Below are positions 36,130-47,454 of a stretch of 47,454 bases of DNA, piece after piece. Origin of the DNA: Welwitschia mirabilis (Eukaryota); contig JBOZIK010000001.1 in the NCBI GenBank assembly GCA_051453625.1, forward strand, positions 14,164,506 to 14,211,959, written 5' to 3'. Position 1 is the stretch's first letter. Each line of letters begins with the position of its first letter. The notes under the pieces are model-generated. The model was given only the letters and a program-made list of their open reading frames with translations, made no database searches and had not been told where the DNA came from. The position numbers and the translations under genes are program-made.

Positions 36130-38200
36130 TAGATAAAGAAGCCACTCAAAGAAAGATAAGATTTTGATTTTACCAAAATCACTATAGCCAAGGATAGAGC
36201 CAAAGATACACTCCAATGCTTTGAGCTAAGAAGCAATGGAGTGATGCGCTATTATCAAACAGTATGATAACATGGATAGATAACCAACTGATATACTATT
36301 CATATGCAATGGGACACATCTCATTATTGTTGTTGAGGGAGAGTCCATACATATACCTAGTATTCTTGGCTAGCATGTGTATGTATCTAGAAAAGGAGAT
36401 AACATTCATTCAGATGAATTCTATTATGCAAGGCTTATTGTTATCTGTTTTAAAGCTTTTGCCCCTCTTTACTATTATTCTGTCACTGTGAAAACTCCTT
36501 CTTGAAATGAGGTAAGATGGAAAATGAAGGAACTTAATAGTACAACAACCTTTGATGATAAAGTAGAGCATAATGCATAAGTGAGAATGCCCACAATCTT
36601 TCATCTTCTGATTGATCATCTTAGTTTTACCACAGATAAGAACTTTTTTAGTTTAATTAAATGAAACCTTTTAACTTTCAACATCCATCATCATCTTTAA
36701 AGGTATCAAATCTTATAAAGACAAGGACATAGCCAGCTAAGTACAGACTCCCATCATTCTTTAAAAGGCATGTTGTACCCCTTCGTAGTTACTCAGTCCT
36801 CTTATCAATACAATAGCAAATATAGATGTCATAGTAGATACAGTGAGAAGAATCAAGGGAGATGCATGAAGTGGTATGTGGAGAGACTGTAGTTCATAAA
36901 CTTAATGGTTAGTTAATCAATTTGATGTACTTCTTTAATGAAGACAATGCCCATACCCATGAAGTAGTGCACTTTGATGTGGAAATGGAATGTTTACACC
37001 CCTAGATTCGATGCACTGAAGCAAGCCATAGTCCAAGACCATAAAACCAATGACACTGTTGCATAATAGAGGATTCTTCAAGTTAAAATTGCAATCATAT
37101 TGCTTCCATTTGCTCTGAAAACATCGTTACCATAGCTGGAGGTGTGAACTATTTGGAGGTGTGAACTATTTGGAGGTGCAATCATGGATGCACCTCCAAA
37201 TAGTTCGCACTTAGATCGTTTGCTTTCTATAGAACCATGACAACCACAGAGTTAAACTTAAGAGTGTATAAGCTATTACTTGACATTACATTCACTTTTT
37301 TTCGGAGGACTATAGATATTGTAGTCTACTGGCAAATAGACATTTAGAAGAGGAACTTTTTAGAATGTGCTGGAAATGTTATACTTAATTGTAGTGAGAT
37401 ACAGCGTTGTGAGAGCGCTATAGAGATGTTTTTGATAGCATATTTTATGCACCCATAGAACCTGTTTTAAGTGTTTAGAAGCTTAAGCACCTTATCTACC
37501 TTTGCTAGTAGGCGCTGAAAAGAGCTAACATTCATTAGGGTCTTGATTTTCTACACAAAATTGATTGAGTAAGCAATGTCGATCCATGCAAGCATCACCG
37601 ACAGCAGACCCATGGGAAACCTTTTGCATGAGACATAATTAAGAAAGGTAAAACCTCTTTGTTAGAGATGGCATTGGACAAGCTAAAGACCATCATTGAT
37701 AATGAAAAAAAGAGAGATAAGAAGATTCAAAGCACCATGAAAAAGTATTCACTGATAACATTACCCTTCTCAATTCCATCTATCTTTAGTGCCTTCTCAG
37801 GGTAGTGGTGGTGTAAAGGGAAGATGATGCATAAGCGCTGATGTTAGCCTTAAGAAAATCCTTCCTTAGCTTCCATAGTCGTCCTCTCATCGTGAACACT
37901 TTGACTCTCCTTTACACCCTCTTCAACTACACTGTGAAGGTTTACATTCTTAATTATCTTCGTACTGCTATCTTCATACTGCGAAGGAGAAGAGCTGCCT
38001 CTTGTTTAAATTGAGGTTGATCATCATGCGTCATGGGAAAGGCTTCTTGATGAATCCTTATCTACTTTTCAATGTAAGGTAGATGGTCATGCATAAAGGG
38101 AAAACCCTTCAAATGGACCATTTCTTAACTCTACATTTATGGCATGTGAGGAAAAGAGAAGACACACCAAAAGATGAAAAGTAGCTGAAACAAAAGCACA
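36130..38200 (-). pseudogene. Decayed antisense ORF inside the nested element, possibly aminotransferase-like plant mobile domain (PMD)
   Basis: GC is higher than in the flanks. Minus-strand fragments 'CKRFPMGLLSVMLAWIDIA' (~37572-37628) and 'QVLWVHK' (~37443-37463) loosely recall the PMD motifs 'G...aL.pavLA.iY..L' and 'Q.W.wE'. Many stops. Confidence 0.35.
37137..37210. repeat. 17-bp tandem repeat merging into a 22-bp inverted repeat
   Basis: (tggaggtgtgaactatt)x2 followed by tggaggtgca. The arm at 37159-37180 pairs with 37189-37210 (21 Watson-Crick pairs plus 1 G:T) around an 8-nt loop. Confidence 0.95.
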
Positions 38201-39248
38201 GAGGAAGTTCATGGATTCCTTAAAGAGAATGGGTCCATAATTAATAATAACTAGTATGTAATAGATTCAAAAGGAAGTAGAGATTCATGGCAATGGATCT
38301 TAATCGACAATCAAACATTTGATTCATTATTATTTAACGAGATTAAGGGACATAATTTCTGCAAACATTAGAGAGAAGACAGTTACAAACAAGAGGAAGC
38401 TGAACTGCCACACATAAAAATGATAAACAAGAAAGCATGTATTACTTAATTTATTTTTAAAAAATATTTTAATTTATGCATTTCAATTGTTAAATTAAAA
38501 TATATTATAAAATTAATAAGTAATGGCTATTATATAATATAAAAGTATAAATTTTCTATTATATATTTACTTGTCATATTATATAATGAGTTATTACTAT
38601 TAATGTTATATAATAGAAATATATATATTAAAATAAAAAAGAAATTATTTTTATTAAAAAAATAATAATAAAAAATAAATTATAAAAATAGTTTTAAAAA
38701 TAACATAAATTATAACTTAACAACAATTAATACAAATAAATAAAAATAATTATAAAAGAGTAGTAATCACAATCATAACCTTAATAAAAATTAACTATAA
38801 TTTGCAAATGTTTATAAGATGTAATTTAAGTTACTTTATTTTACTTTTATATGATACATTAAAGATGTTTAATTTGGTAATAGCATGCTTTTGGAATGAA
38901 GAAAAAGATAATGAAAAGGGTTAAGGAAAGATGTCCTCAATTGGAGAATTATTTAACAAAATAAATTAATAAACTAGAATGACGTATTCTACTATATGAT
39001 ATGAGACACACAAATTATTTATATAATTTATCTAAAATAATTATCTATGTTTACTTATTATGATAACTTTCTTCATGGTTATGTGTTATCAAGGTAATAG
39101 TCTAACTTATGGAACACTTGCCTTTCAGATTAAAAGTAGTGAATTTGAGCATTTGGAATATCTTTACTTAGCACATGAATCCTAGGAGGCCTTGGGCATA
39201 GTATGATGGCTAAGAGATACTAATGAAGACTAAAAATAGATAAACAAT

Positions 39249-39377
39249 AGGTGCAGGCATAGGTGGTCCATCCACTAGAGGATGCACGCTCAAGCAGTCC
39301 ATTCGCTAGAGGATGTACACTCAAGCAGTCTATCCACTAGAGGATGTAGGCATGAGCAGTCCATTCATTGGAGGATC
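39249..39377 (+). repeat. 31-bp tandem array (~4 units) upstream of the PPT
   Basis: Units like gtccatccactagaggatgcacgctcaagca start at 39266, 39297, 39328 and 39359. Confidence 0.9.
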
Positions 39378-42315
39378 ACTGATCGAGGATGAGTAGAAAA
39401 ATTAAGGGGAATGAAATGTAATACTCCAAAATAACTTTTAATTAAGTGATTATTATTAAGTACAGTTAAAGCACATTTAAGGATAACTATTGTATAATGA
39501 AAGGGTATGACCCTTGGATTTGTAACATTATCTCCATTCATCTTATTTTTAAGCCTATGGCATTAGGTGGGGTGGATAGACTAGGTGGATGTAATCGATG
39601 ACAACCTTGGCTGATCCTCGAGAGTACTAGAAAAGGGACTCAGGTCGTAGTCCATGTCTTCACCTTTGACCAGTAGTCGAAGGTTGAAGCAAGACATAGA
39701 GATCAAACTTGATGCTATGACAATAAAAATATATTTTTATTTTCTTCTAATTAACATGTTGTTTTTTCCCTTATTCTTTTCATTTTACAATGTTCCTTAT
39801 TAAAATGTAAATTCAGTATTTTGGGATATTATAGAAATATTTATTTTTCTAAGGTTATGATCCTAGGTATGGTACTTTTTCAGAAAAATAAGAACCAAAT
39901 TACATAGGAACCGATTGATAAAACATAAAAGGTATACAATCATTTTGAGATAAATAGAGTAGAAGGATAAAACCTTGATAGCACAAATTTTAGAATATAA
40001 ATAATAGATGAAGAAATGATAAATTTCATTAATAAATAATGTCTTATTGAATCATCATAAATCATGATTATCATTACATAATTCATTAAAGGTGCTACTC
40101 AAAGAATAGATCCAAGAAGTCTTTAAAGGCTTTTTATAATGTTTAGTGAGATTAAGAAGCTTCCTAACATCTAATTAAAGATATGAATTTTCATCAAGGA
40201 GGTAAGGCTTTTCCTAATTTAGCATTCTAAGATATCCAAAAGCATACTTTTGAAAAAAGTAATCATTAAAAACATAAGGTAAAGTGGACATAGTAGGGGA
40301 GGGAAGGATGTTATTTTAAGTATTACATGGAGTTTTAAGAGGATGATATTGAGAGATATTAGGAATAGGCTCTTCAGAATTATGGGTTTTATTAAAGACA
40401 AGAGAAGGGATGTGACCTTGTGAAATGTGTAAATGTTTAAATGGAAAATTTGAAAAATGTTACCTTTATAAAGATCACAGGGTAAGGTGAAAGTAGAAGT
40501 AGAAGAAAGGATATATTTGGAGTTTTACATGAAAGTACAAGTGGAAGGTATGAAGAAACATAGGTAAAATCTTCAGGTTGGTTTGTTGCATTGGAGTGAA
40601 TAAGTCTATCGTTTATTAAGTTTGATTGAATCTCTATGGATCCTCCCTTATGTTTCTATTCTTCATTGTTATCTTTGTCATTACTTTTTTGCGTTGTTTC
40701 TTCACTTTCCTCATCATTATCTTTGATTATATCTTCTTTTTCATGTTGAATATTATTCTCATTCTCCAAGTTATTGGAGTTATTAAAGAGATCATAAAGA
40801 GAAATGTGCTCATCATCTTCTTCATTATTCTTGTTTTCTTCATCATGCTATTTCATGTCATTGTTTTTCAAATTATTATATTCACGAAAAAGATCATAAG
40901 GGGAAATGTGATCATTATCTTCATCCTAGTTTAAAAAATTTTCATATTCTTTATGAAATGATTCCTTTATTCCATTTGAGATTTCTACTAGAAAATGAAT
41001 GATAGGAATATTATCTAGTATCTCAATATAATCATCTAATAAATAATCATCCTCATCCTTATTATTGAAAATTGAGTTAATCATCATTATCCTTCTTTTA
41101 GTTATCTCCAAATAAGTGGGATATTGTAATTTGATTCAAAAATATCTTTTTATATTTTAAAGCAGGATTTGTTACTACTTGTTCTTAAGTTATTCTCAGT
41201 TTTCTTAAAGTGGAATGTAGTAGAATAAGCAAGATAGGTTTGAGAATGTTGTGTTCTAGAAGAATCTTAAGATAGTTGATTTTGTGACATCATTTGTTGA
41301 AAGACCCTAATCAAATTTTCTAGGTTCTTGCTATGATTTTCTTTCTCTCTTTTTTTGTATTTTCTCACATCTTCTTCATTTCTTTGATTGACTCATGAAG
41401 TGAGTCTATGTCTTATTCATTGTAATTCATGGGAGATGATATTCTTCAGATTAATTCATGGCAAATAGTTGGGATTTGCTAAAACAATTATAGGATGCTT
41501 CTCTAAGTAAGGTGGAATCCCTAAAATGTTGAAAATCCTTATTATCATTTTTAATGAAGCATAAAAGAAGAGGGGAAAAAATAAGGAGGTTGAAAAGAGA
41601 AAGGGGCTTAATTACTAATCTCAACATCATTTAGTATTGTCCATCCTTTTTCTAAAAAATTTCTCAAAGTGGTCTTTTATCATTTTTCTCAGAAATTTTC
41701 AAGATCCTCCTTATTTCATATAATATTTGTTTTATCACTATTCATAGAAATAGATGAGAAGGATGAAACAAGAAGAATTAATTTGGATGGTAAAAAAGAC
41801 AAGTAAAGATCAAGTTGCACTTCCTCTAATATTTTGCCTCTTTTACTAGAATTCACCATGTTCCTACATACTTAGAAAGTTGTATTTTTTTTTTAGATTT
41901 TAAATTATCAAAAAAAAAAAAAAAAAAAACAAAAACACAGAAAAAATAATTCATAAAAAAAAAGAAAAAAATGGGTCTCTATCATCTACTTCATTATGTA
42001 GATAACAAAGAGGATAATACATAATTTATTATGCTACCAAAAATTACTAAAAATAGAAAAACCTAACTTGTAAAAAAAAAAAAATGAAACTCTTAGTTTT
42101 AGTCTGTCATCTACTTGTATTGTTTGAACTATAGATGAGATAATAAGGCATTATCATATTATGGAAAATGAAAATTGCAAAAATAAAACTATGAAATCTA
42201 AAATAAAAATACAACATTACTTCAAGGAAATAATATAAATATAATTCAAGGTACTTATCTGTTGTAGTGACAATCCTCTAGCTCCTTATAGCCTTCCCTT
42301 GCAATGATGCCAAAA

Positions 42316-43582
42316 TGTTGCAAAATGCGTATTTATGATAGATTTATGTCCTTAAGCAAATCTTTTAAATCATAAATTCTTACACAAAACACATACTAGT
42401 ATAATTTAGAGCTAATCCAAATGTTATAATCCTTCAAAGGCACGAGGCAAAAAGTTAGAGGGTTGATTTGTAAAATATTTTTAATATTTTTCCATTAAGT
42501 AAATGAAAATAAGAAATAATGCAAAAATATAATGCAAGATAAATGGTAATATAATGTGTATAAATGAGATCCAAATGAAATAACTCTAAGTAATGAATCT
42601 ATTTAATCACCAATCCTTTTATCACCAATATTGATCAATATGACTTAGATCAATAAGAAAAAATTGTTATTTAACCCTAACCAACATAAGCTATAAATCA
42701 CATTAAATAGAATATAGATAAATGTAACTATTATATTGATGGAAATGCAAGATGACATGAAATGTAAGTACTTAAACTAATAATATCAACCTTTGAAAGG
42801 TTGGCCTTATGACCAAGATCAACTATGAAACTATCACAAAATCATAATCAACATAAACCATAAAGGATATGCACATAATAGAAATAAAGCAACTATTTTA
42901 TTAGTCTCAAACCAAGCATCCACTTATAAAGTAGTAGCACATCAATGGAGAATAAACAGCTCAATACCAAGGAAGACTTCTCTCTGTAGCTAGGATAGAC
43001 CTCTTATTTTTTGATCTCCTATCATAAGACTTTCAAGTATAAAAGATCCTTCTGGAAGTAAGGACAAGGAGGTATTTATAGTTTTTGCATGGAAAATTCT
43101 AGAAACAAAACCCTAATGGCCTAGATGAAAACCTAATAGCTCAAAGGATGCGTGGCTCCATTACAAAGCTAGGTGCATCAGTTTACATAAAATAAATGTC
43201 ATGTTGACTATCATCTAAATGATAACGAGGATGATGCCATTCAAAAAATATTATACAAAAGCTTCTAGATTTACTTTAAGTTAACATCCTTTTCAGCTTC
43301 TAATGTGTTACTGTTTAGCACTATCATCTGGACAATGACAAGGACGTCATGCTTTTGAATTCTAAAACTAAATGAAATTATCCTACTAGATCATTAGACC
43401 CTTGTTCAGAATGCTAAATTTTAGAATGCACCTGAAATACCTTCAAATATGCTAAGGATTTCAATTTGCATGGTCATTCCATTGGTTCTTCATAATTGTC
43501 AAAAGTTCACTTAAACCTATTTAAATTCTTGTGAAAGTACTTAAAATACCCCATCAAATATATATAATTTATCATCACAATA
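42316..43582 (-). repeat. 5' LTR of the Athila-type element
   Basis: Adjacent to the decayed PBS and collinear with 31287-32531; it has ~48 extra bp at ~43121-43168. Confidence 0.9.
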
Positions 43583-46523
43583 CCTCTCATATTATTTGGT
43601 CATTTTTAAAAGATATTTATATGTAGGAGATTTATGGGATCTACATAAGACATCTTACATCCTCAATAAGCTAACCTAATGATCTAGTGGTTGCACAAGC
43701 TAAACCTTAAAGTTAGTTCTATTTAAATCATTCATTTAAATGAACTCCCTTACTTTTGATAATGATGAGGATTAGAAAGAGAGGATATTTAATTATTAAA
43801 GATAATGCATTTAATTTTTTATTCTTTTTTATGTATCATTGTTGACATCCTTAAGGTGCATTTGATTTTAATCTTAGAATATTTTTAATCATTTTAATCC
43901 AACTAAATTATAAAATCAATTTTAATCTATTAAAATATTACAATGGTATTAGAGAAAAATGATCTAATACTTAATTTTTTATTTTATTAAAATAATAATA
44001 ATAAAATATTTTTTCTTATTAAAAGGTTATTCTTTTTTTAGAACTAAGTTCATAATTACAAAGGCATGGAAGCACTACTCTATCATTAGGATCCCTTTAA
44101 AGAAAAAATTAAAAAGGGATAAAAAATATTTTATTAATAATAAAAAGAGAGTTAAATTACATTAAAGTTTTATTTAGGGAAAAAATAAAGGTCTCACATA
44201 AGATGACATGGTAATTTCTCATAAGAGATAAGGATATAATTCAGTCATTATTAGAACCATCATGAACATAGGCATGTTAATAGAGGTCGTCAAGTAAGGT
44301 CTTAACAAAGTTAGGAAAGATATCTACCTTATCATCATCCAAAAGTAGACAAATCATGGTGATGAATTTGTTATAATAATAATTCAATAAAAATATTGCT
44401 ACTTTGAGACATGAAATTTATAGTAGAAAGCAAAAAGATCATTCTTATTATGAGTTGCTCTAAGGATCATTTGAGAAGATGCTTGAGATTTGTAATATGA
44501 TTTTCTTAAAGATACCTTCACTAAGCCTACTTCTAGCTAAGCGACCTTATCTTTGAAGATCTATTTATTTAATTAAAGGGAATTTATCTCCATCTATAAA
44601 TTAATAAAAGTATGTTAATAAAATATGAATTTACAACTTCTTTAATTAGAAAACCTATAGATGAAAAAAATGTTTCTTTATCATCTTATACCTCATTTCT
44701 ACCTTATTTAGCTATTTCATATTTTGTTTCACTATGCAATAAGAAAATTATAACTCGTTGATTTAGTTTTTGAAATTCTAGTGAATGGGTTCTAAGTAGA
44801 AATTACCTAACATAGAAATAGAGATGTTTTTCTTAAAATTCAATTCATGATGATATACATACTAGAAGTTGTTATTTTAACATGATCATTGTATTACTAG
44901 GACAAATATCGTACCCTTTAATGTCTTATCCTATTTGCTCCAAGAGATATGTTCTTATGCCTTAGGAACAAGTTCAAATAAAAGGGTTTAGATCCTCTTG
45001 TCTAACGTGGACATAGATGTAGTAATATAAGACGAATAAGAATCCATGAAGGTAGGGGAAGCCAAGGGAGAATAAGATGTAGAAAATCATACTAAATAAT
45101 GGATCTTTGGGATTCATAAAATCAGTCATAGAGAAGTCATTATCCTATTAAAAATCATTCAATCCATTGAAATATTATTCTCTAGTTCATAAAACCTTAA
45201 GAAGCAAAACTTGATAGGCTACTTAATTTAGTGCAAGAATGAATACCCAAGTGTTATTTCATGCTTAACTTTCATTTCTCTTAGGAAGGAGTTGGGGAAT
45301 ATGCCCTATCATGGTCCTACAATAAGGAAGGAGATTAACATAAGAAAGAGTTAAATGAAAACAAGAGATTTAAGGAATAAGAATACAAAATATTCTCTTA
45401 CTATGAATTTATGCTTATTATGCCTTAGTATAAGTGATTCCTTCACCTCATCTTGAACTTCTTAGATTATGAGTTGAAGAGATTATAGTGAAAGAATTTT
45501 TTTTTTTATCTTTAGGAACTCAACCTTAAAGCCATAATAAAGGATTTTTCTTACTGATCCATCTATAACAATCAATAAGTAAAAGTAAGTTAATATTAAT
45601 AATATAATAAATGACTTAGAAAATAAATAATTTCTTACCATTAAAGAGATAAATATAGTATTTGAAGAAAACACAAGTCCAATAAAATTCAAGCCCACTA
45701 TAATTTCCTCACTCCTTAGTATAACCAAGAAGAGGATTATAGAGATGAAGAAAATAAAATCTAGGGGGACCCATAACCAAACCTAGATTCCCTTCCCTCT
45801 TTCCCAAATTTTTATAAATTTCTTTGTATTAATAAGAAAAGAAAAAAATATAAGAACTTCTTTGTAGGTAATAAAACCTATGTTAGAATTTACCTTGGTC
45901 CTTTCTAATTAAGAAAAAAATCTTAAAATAGATGCTATAATTCTAATTAAAAGACATCTTCTTATCTCAAGTTAAAGCTAAAAAATAGATTGCATACTTT
46001 AGGATTTTAAAACTGATAATGAAGAATGTTGCAGTGTGAATTTATGCAATCTTGAAGTCCTTAGGTAAACCTATAAATGATATAACTTGCAAAAAGACAC
46101 ACGCTAGTATANNNNNNNNNNNNNNNNNNNNNNNNNNNNNNNNNNNNNNNNNNNNNNNNNNNNNNNNNNNNNNNNNNNNNNNNNNNNNNNNNNNNNNNNN
46201 NNNNNNNNNNNNNNNNNNNNNNNNNNNNNNNNNNNNNNNNNNNNNNNNNNNNNNNNNNNNNNNNNNNNNNNNNNNNNNNNNNNNNNNNNNNNNNNNNNNN
46301 NNNNNNNNNNNNNNNNNNNNNNNNNNNNNNNNNNNNNNNNNNNNNNNNNNNNNNNNNNNNNNNNNNNNNNNNNNNNNNNNNNNNNNNNNNNNNNNNNNNN
46401 NNNNNNNNNNNNNNNNNNNNNNNNNNNNNNNNNNNNNNNNNNNNNNNNNNNNNNNNNNNNNNNNNNNNNNNNNNNNNNNNNNNNNNNNNNNNNNNNNNNN
46501 NNNNNNNNNNNNNNNNNNNNNNN

Positions 46524-47454
46524 ATCTATATAAACCAAAGCTTGTCACTCAACTAAGATCAACTTAAATCATAAGGGAGATGTACAATAATGACATGAAA
46601 GAAGAGATTGTATTAACTCAAGTAAAATCAGAACAACATTCACTTACAAATTAGAACAACAGCACCTCAATAAGAGGGACATAGCTTAACACCAAGGAGA
46701 CTCCTTTCTTTAGCATAGAATGGATTGCTCACCCTTGAAGCTTCCATCACAAGTATCAGATACAAAAGATGGGCTAGAAATGAAGGAGGAGAAGGGTCTT
46801 TATAGATTTCCAAAAGAGGAATTTNNNNNNNNNNNNNNNNNNNNNNNNNNNNNNNNNNNNNNNNNNNNNNNNNNNNNNNNNNNNNNNNNNNNNNNNNNNN
46901 NNNNNNNNNNNNNNNNNNNNNNNNGAACAACAGCACCTCAATAAGAGGGACATAGCTTAACACCAAGGAGACTCCTTTCTTCAGCATAGAATGGATTGCT
47001 CACCCTTGAAGCTTCCATCACAAGTATCAGGTACAAAAGATGGGCTAGAAATGAAGGAGGAGAAGGGTATTTATAGATTTCCAAAAGAGGAATTTAGAGG
47101 CAAGCCCTAAATGCGGGAAGCAGAAACCCTAACGACCCACATGGGTTGTTTGATCCCATTTACAATAGAATTTATTACTGCAGTATAAAAACAATTGTCA
47201 TCTCTTATGTTGCTGGCATGACATAGTGGACGACACTGCCTTATGGCTTGGGCAGTGCTCCATGTGCTACCATCGGCCCTGTGGGTTGCCTGTGCGTAGT
47301 CCCGATGCTATCATCCTGCATGTCGTCCAGATGATAATGTGGACGATGCCCCGCCACCATGTGCTGTTGCTGGCATTACTGACTACTGTCCACATCAGCA
47401 GTCTGGTCATCCTATGTGTTGTGGGGACGACTAATAGGACAATGGTCTTCTTTT
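46524..47454 (-). mobile_element. Partial, younger LTR, probably related to the Athila-type LTRs
   Basis: Same motif order as the 42316-43582 LTR (aagatcaact...cactta.aaa...agcac.tcaat...acaccaag...gtatttatag...aaaccctaa). Minus-strand CTATAAATA at ~47068-47076. CpG is retained at 47110-47454. Confidence 0.6.

Larger units (their letters stand above)
35148..39833 (+). mobile_element. Nested LTR retrotransposon (Tat/Retand-like, no gag-pol visible) with 417-bp LTRs
   Basis: Direct repeats at 35148-35402 (cut by a gap) and 39417-39833. Termini TGTAATA(T/C)TCCAAAAT...ATTTTGGGATATTATA. Perfect TSD GAAAT (35143-35147 and 39834-39838). Purine tract AAGGGGAATGAAA just before the right LTR. A 31-bp tandem array lies upstream of the PPT. 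The lineage is inferred. Confidence 0.85.
31287..43582 (-). mobile_element. Athila-type Ty3/Gypsy LTR retrotransposon, old, apparently lacking RT/RNase H, with a nested insertion
   Basis: Two ~1.25-kb direct repeats at 31287-32531 and 42316-43582, with termini TGTTG...CATCACAATA. TSD CCTTT (31282-31286) / CCTCT (43583-43587). Minus-strand PBS TTTGGCATCATTGCAAGGG (~42296-42314) is a decayed Athila TTTGGCGCCGTTGCCGGGG. PPT-like AAGTGGGGGG (~32535-32544). Integrase C-terminal 'VLLYNTQVHL...SK*LGPY...VEI...GKIQKVN..LKIY' at ~34820-34990. Confidence 0.9.

Noticed and set aside
39249-39377. CRISPR-like periodicity
   Set aside because: The units are head-to-tail with no unique spacers, lie inside a plant retrotransposon, and have no cas genes.
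40626-40934. 102-aa hydrophobic ORF on +
   Set aside because: It is the antisense shadow of the low-complexity acidic tract in the Athila internal region.
43590-46110. AT-rich tract, probably very old TE debris (also 1-1100 and 28900-31280)
   Set aside because: I could not read diagnostic motifs, termini or TSDs, so these are left unannotated.

Overview
Very AT-rich (roughly 30% GC by eye) land-plant scaffold with five N gaps. Most of it is old, heavily C>T/G>A-decayed transposable elements, and I see no intact host protein-coding gene. Recognisable elements: (1) a near full-length degenerate L1-type LINE (+, ~1.1-6.1 kb); (2) a 1.0-kb non-autonomous hAT-type element with TIRs and an 8-bp TSD (11351-12352); (3) a second L1/Tx1-type LINE (-, ~17.3-20.7 kb); (4) a LINE 3' fragment whose C-terminal motif looks non-L1 (RTEX/L2/CR1-like, ~22.1 kb); (5) a 3'-truncated Sirevirus-type Copia (LTR-PBS-gag-PR-IN, ~24.6-28.9 kb); (6) a complete-boundary but pol-deleted Athila-type Gypsy element (-, 31287-43582) containing a nested Tat/Retand-like LTR element (35148-39833) with a perfect TSD. 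The exception is a ~4.3-kb CpG-retaining, non-repetitive-looking island (~12.55-16.85 kb). On the minus strand it has a promoter-like motif cluster, a U-rich intron-like tract, strong splice sites and several hairpins, but no credible ORF. It is the best candidate for an undescribed spliced non-coding RNA or small-RNA host gene. All family calls come from hand-read motifs; no database searches were run.
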